From: Octopus bimaculoides
Taxonomy: Eukaryota
Reading direction: 5' to 3'
Assembly (NCBI RefSeq): GCF_001194135.2
Contig: NC_068990.1
Location: forward strand, 7,109,247-7,173,246
DNA: 64,000 nt
In this document: piece by piece, positions 1-11,100 of the stretch
Position numbering within the stretch: position 1 is the stretch's first letter
How the letters are laid out: the number at the start of each line of letters is the position of its first letter
The notes under the pieces: generated by a model
Databases searched by the model: none
The model's input: the letters and a program-made list of their open reading frames with translations, nothing else
Told to the model about the DNA's origin: nothing
Made by a program: the position numbers and the translations under genes

Positions 1-367
1 GCTTCTACAGCAACGCAAGAAAAAGCTGAAGACTCTGCCATTTTGCTCAAGGCTTAACTATGTGTACATTTATTTTACCAAAGCCTTTCCCAAGGTTTGC
101 CCAATGTTAAATGCTGGCAGTCAGTGGTGCCCTGTCTATAAAATGTTTGGTAATAAGGTAAATACTACACGACACCATTCTCGGTTTCCTTTCCTCTATT
201 CTCAGACATGGCAAAAATAAACAATCAGCCAAACTTAGCATCAGCTGTTCTGATGACACTAAAGTGATGCAAAGCAAAAGGTATCCATGTGCTCCATGAC
301 CCAGAAACCCTAAATCACTGGGCAAAAGACAACAACATATTGTTCAGTACTTCCAAATTCTATGACT

Positions 368-575
368 GATCATCATCATCATCATCATCATTGTTTAATG
401 TCCGCTTTCCATGCTGGCATGGGTTGAACGGTTTGACTGAGGTCTGGGGAGCCAGAAGGCTGCGCCAGGCTCCAATCTGATCTGGCAATGTTTCTACAGC
501 TGGATGCCCTTCCTAATGCTAACCACTCTGAGAGTGTAGTGGGTGCTTTTTGCATGCTGCCGGCATGGGAGCCAG
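368..575 (-). mobile_element. 3' UTR fragment of an RTE-type LINE (or RTE-mobilised SINE) with (CAT/GAT)n tail
   Basis: catcat...gtttaa(c/t)gtccgctttccatgc...ggatgcccttcctaa motif recurs at 1228, 7666, 9540, 11118, 41650 and 42134; linked to an RTE ORF end at 1650-1735. Confidence 0.7.
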
Positions 576-1011
576 TCAGGCAGTCCTGCTCTACCTTACT
601 CCAAGCAGAGAAACATTTTAAAACACTGAGCATGTTGATATAGGCACAACTATGTTTGTTTATGTATATTTATCTAAATATACTCAGTGTCAAAACCCGC
701 TCAGAAACCTAACAATGAAGTTTACACTTTAGAAATCCCTTGTTTTGAGTACCGGGGTCAATCTAATTGGCTGCCCACCCCACTTACCAAAAATTTCGGA
801 TCATTGATGGTACTCTATCTAGAGTAGAAAAGAATATTTTTTATAAAAGTAAGCTCTCCATTAATTCCTGTGTGTACATACCCTCTGCCACTATCCCACC
901 TATACATACACACACAGTTAATTGTTGTGTGTGTGTGTGTGCATGTCCTAATAGCATTTGTATGTGTATGAGTGTGTGTATGTGTGCATATGCTAGCAGC
1001 ACCTGTTTGAA

Positions 1012-1046
<35 letters not shown>

Positions 1047-1227
1047 GTATTGTACACACACCTTCACCATCCCCTTTCCACATCATGACAGCTTGTTTAC
1101 GCCACAAGAATTTACCATTAGTACTGGAATTTACTATTAAAACGTTGTAAACAGATGTACATGAGATGCAAATACTAAAGAGGTATGTGAAATACATATG
1201 ATAATTCAAATAAGTATAGCTATAATA

Positions 1228-1735
1228 GTCATCATCATCATCGTTGTCGTTTAACATCTGCTTTCCATGCTGGCATGGGTTGAACGTTTGACTGAGGGCT
1301 GGCAAGCTAGGAGGCTGCACCAAGCTACAATCTGATCTGACAAGGTTTCTACAGCTAGATGCCCTTCCTAACTCCAACTACTCTGAGAGTGTAGTGGGTG
1401 CTTTTTATGTGCCACCGGCATGAAGGCCAGTCAGGTGGCACTGATAACGACCATGCTCAAGTGGTGCTTTTTACGTGCCACTGGCATGGGACCAGTCAGG
1501 CGGAACTGTCATCGGCCACAACAATGACTTCACTTGACTCAACAGGTCTTTGCAAGCGCAGTTTATTGCCCGATGATTGAAGGGTACTATTAAATGGGCT
1601 GGTTCTGTTGTACTGGTATAGACCAAAGTTACAGTCTCACTTGGCTTGCTGTGTCTTCTCAAGAGGTCTCCAGAGGTCTCGGTCACTTGTCATTGCCTCC
1701 GTGAGGCCCAACTTCTGAAGGTCGTGCCTTACTGA
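1228..1735 (-). mobile_element. RTE-type LINE 3' end (ORF C-terminus, 3' UTR, microsatellite tail)
   Basis: Minus-strand translation VRHDLQKLGLTEAMTSDRDLWR at about 1665-1730 resembles the RTE RT C-terminus, followed by the common 3' UTR repeat. Confidence 0.7.
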
Positions 1736-1924
1736 AAATGTAACAGCATTCTTTCAACAGTTTGCACTAACAATAAATAAATACAAAAACTAACCTACAG
1801 TTCAGTCGTTGACTATGTTAATGGTCAATTCCAGTTTCAGTCTAATAATAAGTTACAATAAATGATATACAGTGACAAGTTAATATTTGATGAATTTTGT
1901 ATAATAATCCTATCAACAATAGGA

Positions 1925-2112
1925 ACGAGGCCTGAAATTTAGTGGGAGAGGCTAGCTGATTACATCAACCCCAGTGCTTGACTGGTACTTATCTTATTAC
2001 CATGGAAGGATGAAGGGTAAAGTCGACCTTGGGGGAATTTGAACTCAGAAGATATGAATGAGCAAAATGCCACTAACCATTTTCTTCAACATTTTAATGA
2101 TTTTGCCAGCTT
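1925..2112 (-). mobile_element. tRNA-derived SINE with conserved central domain (gtcgactttgcctttcatcc...aagtaccag)
   Basis: Same body as copies at 17006, 31118, 48230 and 49640. Confidence 0.7.
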
Positions 2113-2399
2113 GTATGTTAATAAAATAAAATATGTAAGAATTGATAAATTTTAAGACAATTTAAATAATATTTTCTCTTTGTCATTTAATTGATGATCG
2201 TATCCATGCTCATTGTTACCTGACAGAACTGCACTATTGTGATACTGATTGTGGTAATTGTGAAAAGAATGGTAGATCACACACAGCAGGTGGGTGTGGG
2301 GGAAATAATAGATGTGTATTAATTTCATACAACTACCAGTGATTGAATTGGTCAAATGTATGTCTAGTTGTCAATGGAAATAGATAATCCTGCAACCAA

Positions 2400-3080
2400 A
2401 TCTGATTCTGATGTCATTTTCATTCCTGTTGTCGGAATCAAGTTTCTTTATAAGTGTGTCACAAATCCATTTACTTTTTGTTTTGATAATCGATTACAAA
2501 TACTGATAATTCAATATATAATTTATTGGAGCTATTGTCTGTCCTCCATTTGATCATGGTTTGTCAGTAATAATAATGGCATAATTGCTGATGTCTGTTG
2601 GCCATGCTGCAGTACTGCCAGAAATTTTCTGCCCAATGCTCTAGATGTGGTGCAGAACAATATGAAAATAAAAAAAAAAAATTGATCGTTCTTCCACCAA
2701 TGAATGATTATCATAGTATTGCTTTTGAATTTTTTGTTTGAATATCTGAACAAAGTGTTCTATTTTACTGTCTGAAGTTGGATGAGCATTAGTTGGCATG
2801 AAATGTTGAACGATCATTTGATCATCAAAATTGTTTAAATTTAGATGACACATACTGAATTTCATTGCTGGATATAATGGTTTTAAGAAATCCTTTAATG
2901 ACAATAATTCAGCAGAGTGTTGCCAATGTTTCATTAATATGGTTGATGTTGCTGAGAAACACATCGAAATTTTGAGAACAAATAAACGACAATAAGCCAC
3001 ATTTTACTATAAAATGGTCCCTCAGAGTCAGTGTGTATTTATTTAGATCCAGTTATCTATACAGCATGCAATTTAAATTA
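2400..3080 (-). mobile_element. Decayed Ty3/Gypsy LTR-retrotransposon integrase fragment
   Basis: Minus-strand frames read IHTDSEGPFYSKMWLIVVYLFSK (cf. IHIDFAGPF...LIVVDAFSKW) and QHFMPTNAHPTSDSKIEHFVQIFK (cf. H.TTAPYHP.SNG.AERFVQTFK); frameshifts and stops present. Confidence 0.65.
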
Positions 3081-3796
3081 CGGATACCAAATATAATAAA
3101 TAATCCCTTTTCATCGCTTTGTGAATATCAACGTTGATATACATTGAGTGCCTGTTCCAGTGAGTGAATAGAATGTTCATCTCTATTTCATGTTGCAATA
3201 GATGCATTGCAGCGTCAATGATACAACTACTGCAATATGTAACATCAGTCACATTACTAATAAACAGTTGACTATTTGAATAGTATGTTCTTTTCTGCTA
3301 AATTATATAACAGCTTGTAATGTCATGTTCTTAATGAATATATGATAGGAGCTGGCTTTTGCAACACAGCCGAATTGCTATTTTCCAGATACACTTTTGT
3401 AAGAGTGCTAATCAACCAGTATGACCAAAATAGCTGACTTCATTGTGAAAAATGCATTTTTTATATGATACTTTAAGTTATAATCTTTAAATGAATTAAA
3501 TATAATTTCTAAGTTATCTAACCCTTTAGCATTTAAACCACAGTCACCATATGCCATTCCATAGCTGCCATCTCTGAAGAATGTATGGTTACATAATCAG
3601 AATGTTACCTAACACTGTTGAACCCCTAGTGTGAAACCAATTGGTAAGACTGACTGCGTTGGATATATAATACTGTATGTGGTGGTAATAGAAAGTTCCC
3701 AGGCTAGTTCTGATTGCATGCTAACAGATGGCGACACATGGTTAGTTTCTTTACAGTGATGTAAAGAAACTAACACCAAATAGTGGAGGGGGACAA

Positions 3797-3965
3797 ATAC
3801 ACACACACACACACACATGATGAGCTTTCACAGTGTTCCAATCAACCAAAATCTCTCACAAGGCATTGGTCAGTCCAGGGCTACAGGAGAAAGTGTCACA
3901 CAGTTGGAACTGAACCTGAAAGCAATGTGGCTGCAAAGTGGATATTTTAACCACACAGCCATGCT
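3797..3965 (-). mobile_element. tRNA-derived SINE (major family with gtggtaag...ggttcagtccca head, taccaaatccactcacaaggc body)
   Basis: Matches better-preserved copies at 31385, 39524 and 40850. Confidence 0.55.
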
Positions 3966-4219
3966 TGCTACATATGTGTGATGTGTGAATTCGCATTTCG
4001 ACACCAAGAAGCAATTTCTCATTAAGAAAAATGGTAGAAGTGATTTTAAGAAATTTAGTATTTATCATGATTAAAGAGATTATATGATGGTAACTGCTGC
4101 TTGTAAACATAACTTGTGCTTAACAAAAATATGATATCAATACACAATTCAATTTAAGCAAAAATGATTGTTTTATTTTTTAAAAATCACGAAGAATTTT
4201 GCTGCTTGTAAGTGTATGA

Positions 4220-4257
<38 letters not shown>

Positions 4258-4437
4258 AGAATAGTAATAGGTATGTTGTGTCATGGTTAGATACAAGATA
4301 TGTCACAGAACATGTGTTTTCATGTATATTTACGCGTTTATAAACATATCATATATCCTTGCCTTTCTATGATTTTGCTATTTTATTTTTGGCGATCTTA
4401 AATACATTAAAACTATTTTTTTTATTTTGATGTTCAG

Positions 4438-4695
4438 ACACAACGCGCTCTAGCGCTTATAATGAAATTTGAGAAGATTGACAAGTTGGACCTCACTGAG
4501 CGTTTCTTTACTTTGTTGAGAAACTATGGCAAAGATTTAGAAACAATTCGTAAACTCTACCAAAAGCAAAGATCAGACCCAGAGATCCCAAACAACATGC
4601 CACCAACAGCTGGTCGAATTATGTGGTCTCAGCAGTTACAAAGGAAGATTGAAGAACCAATGAAATGTTTTATAAACAAACCTGAAATTATGAAA
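4438..4695 (+). CDS. DNAH5: Dynein heavy chain exon A (phase 0/0)
   Basis: ttcag|ACA...ATGAAA|gtaat; [16 protein letters not shown]...[25 protein letters not shown]...PEIMK. Confidence 0.93.
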
Positions 4696-5166
4696 GTAAT
4701 TTTCCCTCCAATTTATATTTATATCTGAAATAACATTTTTTATATCTTATTTATACTAACGCTGCTAACATGATGACTTTGTATAGATGAGTAAACTTAC
4801 CACCAATTGCTGAACACTACATAAACGTTGTATCACCAAGTAAAAGAAATGTCTATAATTTTCCTCAACTGTTAAATCATAGAACTCAATACCTCATGTT
4901 GTTGTTGTTGGCACTCCGTCGCTTACGACGTCGAGGGTTCCAGTTGATCCGATCAACGGAACAGCCTGCTCGTGAAATTAACGTGCAAGTGGCTGAGCAC
5001 TCCACAGACACGTGTACCCTTAAAGTAGTTCTCGGAGATATTCAGCGTGACACAGTGTGACAAGACTGGCCCTTTGAATTATAGGTACAACAGAAACAGG
5101 AAGTAGGAGTGAGAGAAAGTTGTGATGGAAGAGTACAGCAGGGTTCGCCACCATCCNNNNNNNNNN

Positions 5167-5198
<32 letters not shown>

Positions 5199-8100
5199 TG
5201 TGTGTATTTTTCCCTTTATTTATTTATCTTTAAAAATTTTATCTAGTCTCAGCTCACGAGGTGTGGCTATGTTGGGGGCCCTTGTTAACAATTAACACAG
5301 AAAAAATAGATAAATAGTTACCAGGGTAGCAAAAAATCACATGAGTAAAATGGGTGTAACTCCTTGTTTTCAAAGGTAGAAACTCCAGGTTTACATGAAA
5401 TATTTTGTATAATATACATAGATAAATAAATAGAATTAAACGCAGGTGTTATTCAAATTCTTTTACTTCTGACACATGTTTTGAAGATATCACTGGTATT
5501 ATTCCAAAGGAATAAAATAGCATAAAACAATGTAATCTTCTCTTCGGGGAATTGAAGAAATGAAACTCATCAATAAGACATTTTAACAGAATATGATGGA
5601 TATATAGAGTGATTAATTGAACGCTATTAAGTTTTTAAAAAAAAAAGGGTTAGAGGATATAAATTTAAAGGTAGCCTATAGAAAGAGGTGGGTGTAAAGG
5701 AAAGGAAAAAAACCAAATAAATGAGAAGTATATAACGATATGTAAATTAAATAAAACCCTAAAGTCTTAGAAAAAGATATATCTAGTGAATGTGAAATGC
5801 AAGAAGAAAGTTAATGTTTAAATTAAACATTGGCAGAAACACACCTTTAGTTCATATAAGTGATATCTATGATTATATATAATTTAAACATTAATTTTCT
5901 TCTTACATTTCACATTCACTAAATATATCTTTTTCCAAGACTTTAGGGTTTTATTTAATTTACATATTGTTCTATACTTCTCATTTATTTGGTTTTTTTC
6001 TTTCCTTTACCCCTCCTCTTTCTATAGGCTACCTTTGGCATTTTATCCTCTAACATTTAAAAAAAAAACTTAATGGCATTCAGTTAATCACTGAAGGAAG
6101 AAGTGAACATTTTTATGAATATCAAAGGTGTTTCTATTATAGAACTGGAAGATAAAAAGTTTCAAANNNNNNNNNNNNNNNNNNNNNNNNNNNNNNNNNN
6201 NNNNNNNNNNNNNNNNNNNNNNNNNNNNNNNNNNNNNNNNNNNNNNNNNNNNNNNNNNNNNNNNNATTGGTGTCATTTATGTGACACCAGCATCAGCCAC
6301 AAGTACGATTTCACTTGGCTTTATGGGCCTTCTCAAGCACAGTATATAGCCAAAAGCCTTGGTCACTAGTCATTGCCTCTGGGGATTTATTGTGCTATTG
6401 TGAAGTTAAGTAAGGCCCAAATGCTTAAGCAATTTTATGAACTGAAAGAAGAAGTGAACATTTTTATGGATATCAAAGGTGTTTCTATTATAGAACTGGA
6501 AGATAAAAAGTTTCAAAGTGATTTAACATTTTTAGTAGATATAACTAGTCATTTAAATAGTTTGAACTTGAAACTACAAGGCTCCAATCAGCTAATAACC
6601 AGCTTGCTTTCTCATATCAAAATCTTTGAACTGATTCGTCATTTATTTATCACACAATTGAAAAGAAAGTGCTTCACACATTTTCCAAAATTGAGAGAAC
6701 AAAATCCCAAATCAACAAAGAAATATTCTGAGAAAATGTGAAAGTCTTTTGAAGTTATTTGAAAGTAGATTTGAAGAAATACAAGATAACTACGTGTTTT
6801 TGAAACACCTTTTGATATGTGTCCTGAGGAGGCTCCAGGTACCTAACAATTAGAATTAATTGATTTGTAGTCGGATAGCTTACTAAAATCAAAATATAAT
6901 AATCTGTCTTCATTGGACTTCTACAAACCCATCAATCCTGAGAAATACCCTGCTTTGCATAAAAATGCCTTGAAATTTGTATCTCAATTTTTGACAACTT
7001 ATCAATTTTTTTTTTTTCAAATTGAATTGTGCAAAAAATCGTCTTCATACCAGACTTGCTAATGAAAACCTGAGTAATGAACAGTTTCTTCAAAGACCTG
7101 ATATTCCTAAACTTTAAAAAAAAAAAAAAAAGAAAGAAAGAAAAAATGTAGTTGCATTCTTCTTATTAAACAATGCCAAATTTTAAGATTAAAGTTAATT
7201 AGGTTTGATAACATTATCACTCGAATAAATCTGTTCAAATATGTCATTTACACATAATACTATTTAGGTATTACCGTAATTTTTCAAAATTAAATTCGGT
7301 TTGTGCTTGAGTGTTATGGTTTCTCCAACATTAGGATAGGAACATTTCGAAAAATATAGAATACTTCATAAGTGATATAAACATCCTAAATTCAGTGGTG
7401 ACGTTAATGAAGATGTTATGCGCTAATTTAATGTGCTAAATAGAGATATACACAGATGCAAGAGCCAGAACTTGTGATCCACCCGCTGACCTTTTTCTTT
7501 GGAAATTTTTGCCTGCTGCACTAAAAGGGTTCCCCATCTGTGAGTTAGATAAATGAATGCTTAGCTGGTCATTAGCTTAGCTGGTCATTTCATGTGGTAT
7601 AATAGTGTCAGCAGTGGAGCAAGCGGATGATGATGATGATATATATATATATATATATATATATATCATCATCATCATCATCATTTAACGTCCGCTTTCC
7701 ATGCTAGCATGGGTTGGATGATTTGACTGAGGACTGGTGAACCGGATGGCTGCACCAGGCCCCAATCTGAACAGGCAGAATTTCTACAGCTGGATGCGCT
7801 TCCTAACGCCAACCAATCAGAGAGTGTAGTGGGTTCTTTTCCGTGCCACCAGCACGAGGGCCAGTGAGGCGGTGCTGGCAATGGCCATCCTCAGAATGGT
7901 GTATTTTACGTGCCTCCTGCACAAGAGCCAGTCCAGCAGCACTGGCAACGACCTCGCTCGAATGCTTTCTGATATGCCACTGGAACAAGTGCCAGTTAGA
8001 CGACGCTTGTAACGATCACGCTCAAATGGTGCTATTTACATGCCACTGGCATGGAAGCCAGACAGCTGCTCTGGCAATGATCACACTTGGATGGTGCTGT

Positions 8101-11100
8101 TAGTGCTCCACTGGCACAGGTGCCAGTCATTGAATATGGTTCAATTACGATTTTGAGTGTGTATTTTTCCCTTGTTTACAATTAACATGGAAAAAATAAA
8201 TAAACAGTTCTCAGGGCAGCAAAAAATCTCCTTTACTAGTTTTCTGCTTATATCTTTCCTTTACCCTTTCTCTTTCTATAGGCTACCTTTGATGTTATAT
8301 CTTCTAACGGTTTAAAAAAAAGAACTTAATGGCGCTCTGGTCATCATTATACACATCCATCACATTCTGTTAAAATTTCTTATTGATGAGTTTGGTTTCT
8401 GTCTCTCTTTCCCTTATGAGAAGATTACATTGTTTTACACAATTTATTCCTTTTGGAATAACACCAATGTTGTCTTCAAAACATATGTCAGAAGTAAAAG
8501 AATTTCAATAACACCTGCATTTAACTCCGTTGATATATATATATATATACAGGGTGTGATAACTAAACTGTCATCTAAATGACACAAAAACGAAATTAAC
8601 ACTGACATCTCATTTTGACAGATATATTTACCAAAATTACATAAAAATATCCTGATTTTACCATAGGCTCCAGAGAATTTCAGAATCTCCTGTATCTGTT
8701 CTGGATGGTCTCCTTGTTTAAGTTGGTGAATGCTGCCATAGTTCTTGTTGTCAGTTCATCTTTGGTGTTATAAGGAGTTTTGTTGGTCTCTCAAACAATT
8801 GCATCCCACACATAATAATCAAATAGGGTTGCAGTCTGAGGAGTTAGGTAGCCAGATGTTAGGGGTGATGTGGTTGCAGAAATTATCTGACAGCCATGAT
8901 TGGGTTCTCCTGCTTATGTGGCATGGTGCAGAGTCCTGTTGCTAAACACTCTGAAATGTTCGTATTGGCACTTCCTGCATGAGTGCCAGTTAGTAAAACA
9001 TGTCGTTTCCAAATTTCTGGCAGAGTGAATTGTGTCATGGTGCTGGTTTTCTCACAGATGGTGTCCAACTGCCCCTACTGTATTGTGTAGTTGACAAAAT
9101 CAAAAACAAACGATGTGCATGCACAAAATTAAACATATAAAATGGCAACAATTTACCTGTCGCATCCTGTATCTTCTAGCTTTTACTTGTTTCAGTCATT
9201 AGACTGCAGTCATGCTGGGGTACTGCCTCGAAGGGCTTTGGTCAAATGAATCAACCCCAGCACTTACTTTTTTAAGCCTAGTGCTTATTCTGTTGGTCTC
9301 CTTTGCTAAACTGCTAAATTCTGTCTGACTTCTGTACTCGTGGCACGTAAATAGCACCATTTGAGCGGGATCGTTACCAGCGTCGCCTTCCTGGTACGTG
9401 AAAAGACATTCAAGTGAGATCGTTGTCAGTGCCACTGGACTGGCTCCTGTGCAGGTGGCACGTAAAATACACCATTTTGAGCGTGGCCGTTGCCAGTACC
9501 GCCTGACTGGCCTTCGTGCCAGTGCCAGTGGCACATAAAAGCACCCACTACACTCTTGGAGTGGTTGGCGTTAGGAAGGGCATCCAGCTGTAGAAACTCT
9601 GCCATTGGAGCCTGGTGTAGCCATCCAGTTTCACCAGTCCTCAGTCAAATCGTCCAACCCATGCTAGCATGGAAAGCGGATGTTAAACGATGATGATGAT
9701 GATGATGATAAACACCCCAATATCGCTTGTCAATTAGTGGTGGGGAACACACTCACACATGCACACACACACATACACATGTATATGATGGGCTACTTTC
9801 AGCTCCTGTCTACCAAATCCACTCACAAGGCTTTGGTCGGCACAATGCTATAGTAAACACTTGCCTAAGTTGCCACACAATGGGACTGAATCTGGAACCA
9901 TGTGGTTGGGAAGCATGTTTCTTACCACACAGCCACACACCTTTAATACCTTCAATTATTCACTCTTCTTAGATTACAATAAACAATAAGATACCTGGTA
10001 GTTATATCTTTTAATTAAGTATATTTTTCCTAAATAATGGACAGATGTAGTATCTACAAAAAAGAGATAGATTACTTGTTTAATCATATTAATCTGAATT
10101 ACTATTTTTCAGTTGGATTCTTGTATTCATTTAATTACAAAAATGATTGGAATCTTGAACATGAATCAGAGGATTAGAAAATTTTTTTGAAAAGATACAA
10201 CTCCATTGAATTAAAATTAATAATAGAATAGTTTATGCTTAAAATTTGATTATTTGTCTTATGCCTGAAAAATATAGTCTTTATGAGAATTGTTTTCACT
10301 ATGAAAAAATATCTTGGTATATATCCTACTTATTTATCTATTGAAATAGTTTTTTGTCACATTTTATTACGATTTCATAAAAGAAATTTCATTTATTTTG
10401 ATTCGATTGTTATTTTAGTAAGCAAATTTATTTAGAAAGTATACTGATAATTCTTTAAAGTAGCAATCAGAAAGTTTTTATGCTGTTTACTTAACTAGAA
10501 ATTTGAATGCTGGTTCTAACTGAATACTAAGTGAATCTTCTTATAACAGCTTAATTGCTAGACTAAATCACTATTTTTGTTACAATTTTGAGGGTCAATT
10601 ATTTTGAAGCCTTGGCTTGTATTAGCAGATGGAATGAAAGGTACTAACTTTTTAATGAAATAGTTGCAAGAGGATTGACTTTAAACTTTTTGGCATAACA
10701 AGTGCACTTTGCAACCAAATGGCCCCAAGTTCCATTCCGATTTCACACCTTAGGCAAATACCTTCTCCAGTAGTTTTAAGTTGATCAGTCGATCAATATC
10801 TTATGAGTTACATTTGGTAGATGATAACAGCACAGAACTCTATCGTAATTTGAATTTAACATATCATAGCATCTCATAAAGCGAGATTTCTATACATCTT
10901 AAATTTGCAGAAAAACTTGTGGCTGGGCAGTTTAGCTTAAATGGTCGAGAGCACCACGACACATAATCACGGAGGTGTGAGTTCGAGTCTCATGGCTGGC
11001 CGCCCACACTTTTTTCTGCAAAATAGGGGTAGTTTATCCTGTTCAGGCTATACTATTAGCATTATCCTGCGTTTGAGAATTTAAAATCTCTTCTTTAACT

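Noticed and set aside
250-275. CTGATGA-CAC-TAAA-GTG hammerhead-like start
   Set aside because: No GAAA after stem II and no NUH or stem I; likely chance.
767-1377. Overlapping 80-178 aa ORFs rich in CV/HT/ER (similar ones at 11138-11572, 35601-35985, 52934-53228 and 60905-61294)
   Set aside because: They are translations of (CA)n, (GA)n and (CAT)n microsatellites and repeat UTRs, not genes.
6090-6166. Second copy of hAT transposase sequence (matches 6441-6516) just before an N-gap
   Set aside because: It sits at a gap edge and differs by only about 2 bases; a scaffolding or haplotype duplication cannot be excluded, so it is not treated as biology.
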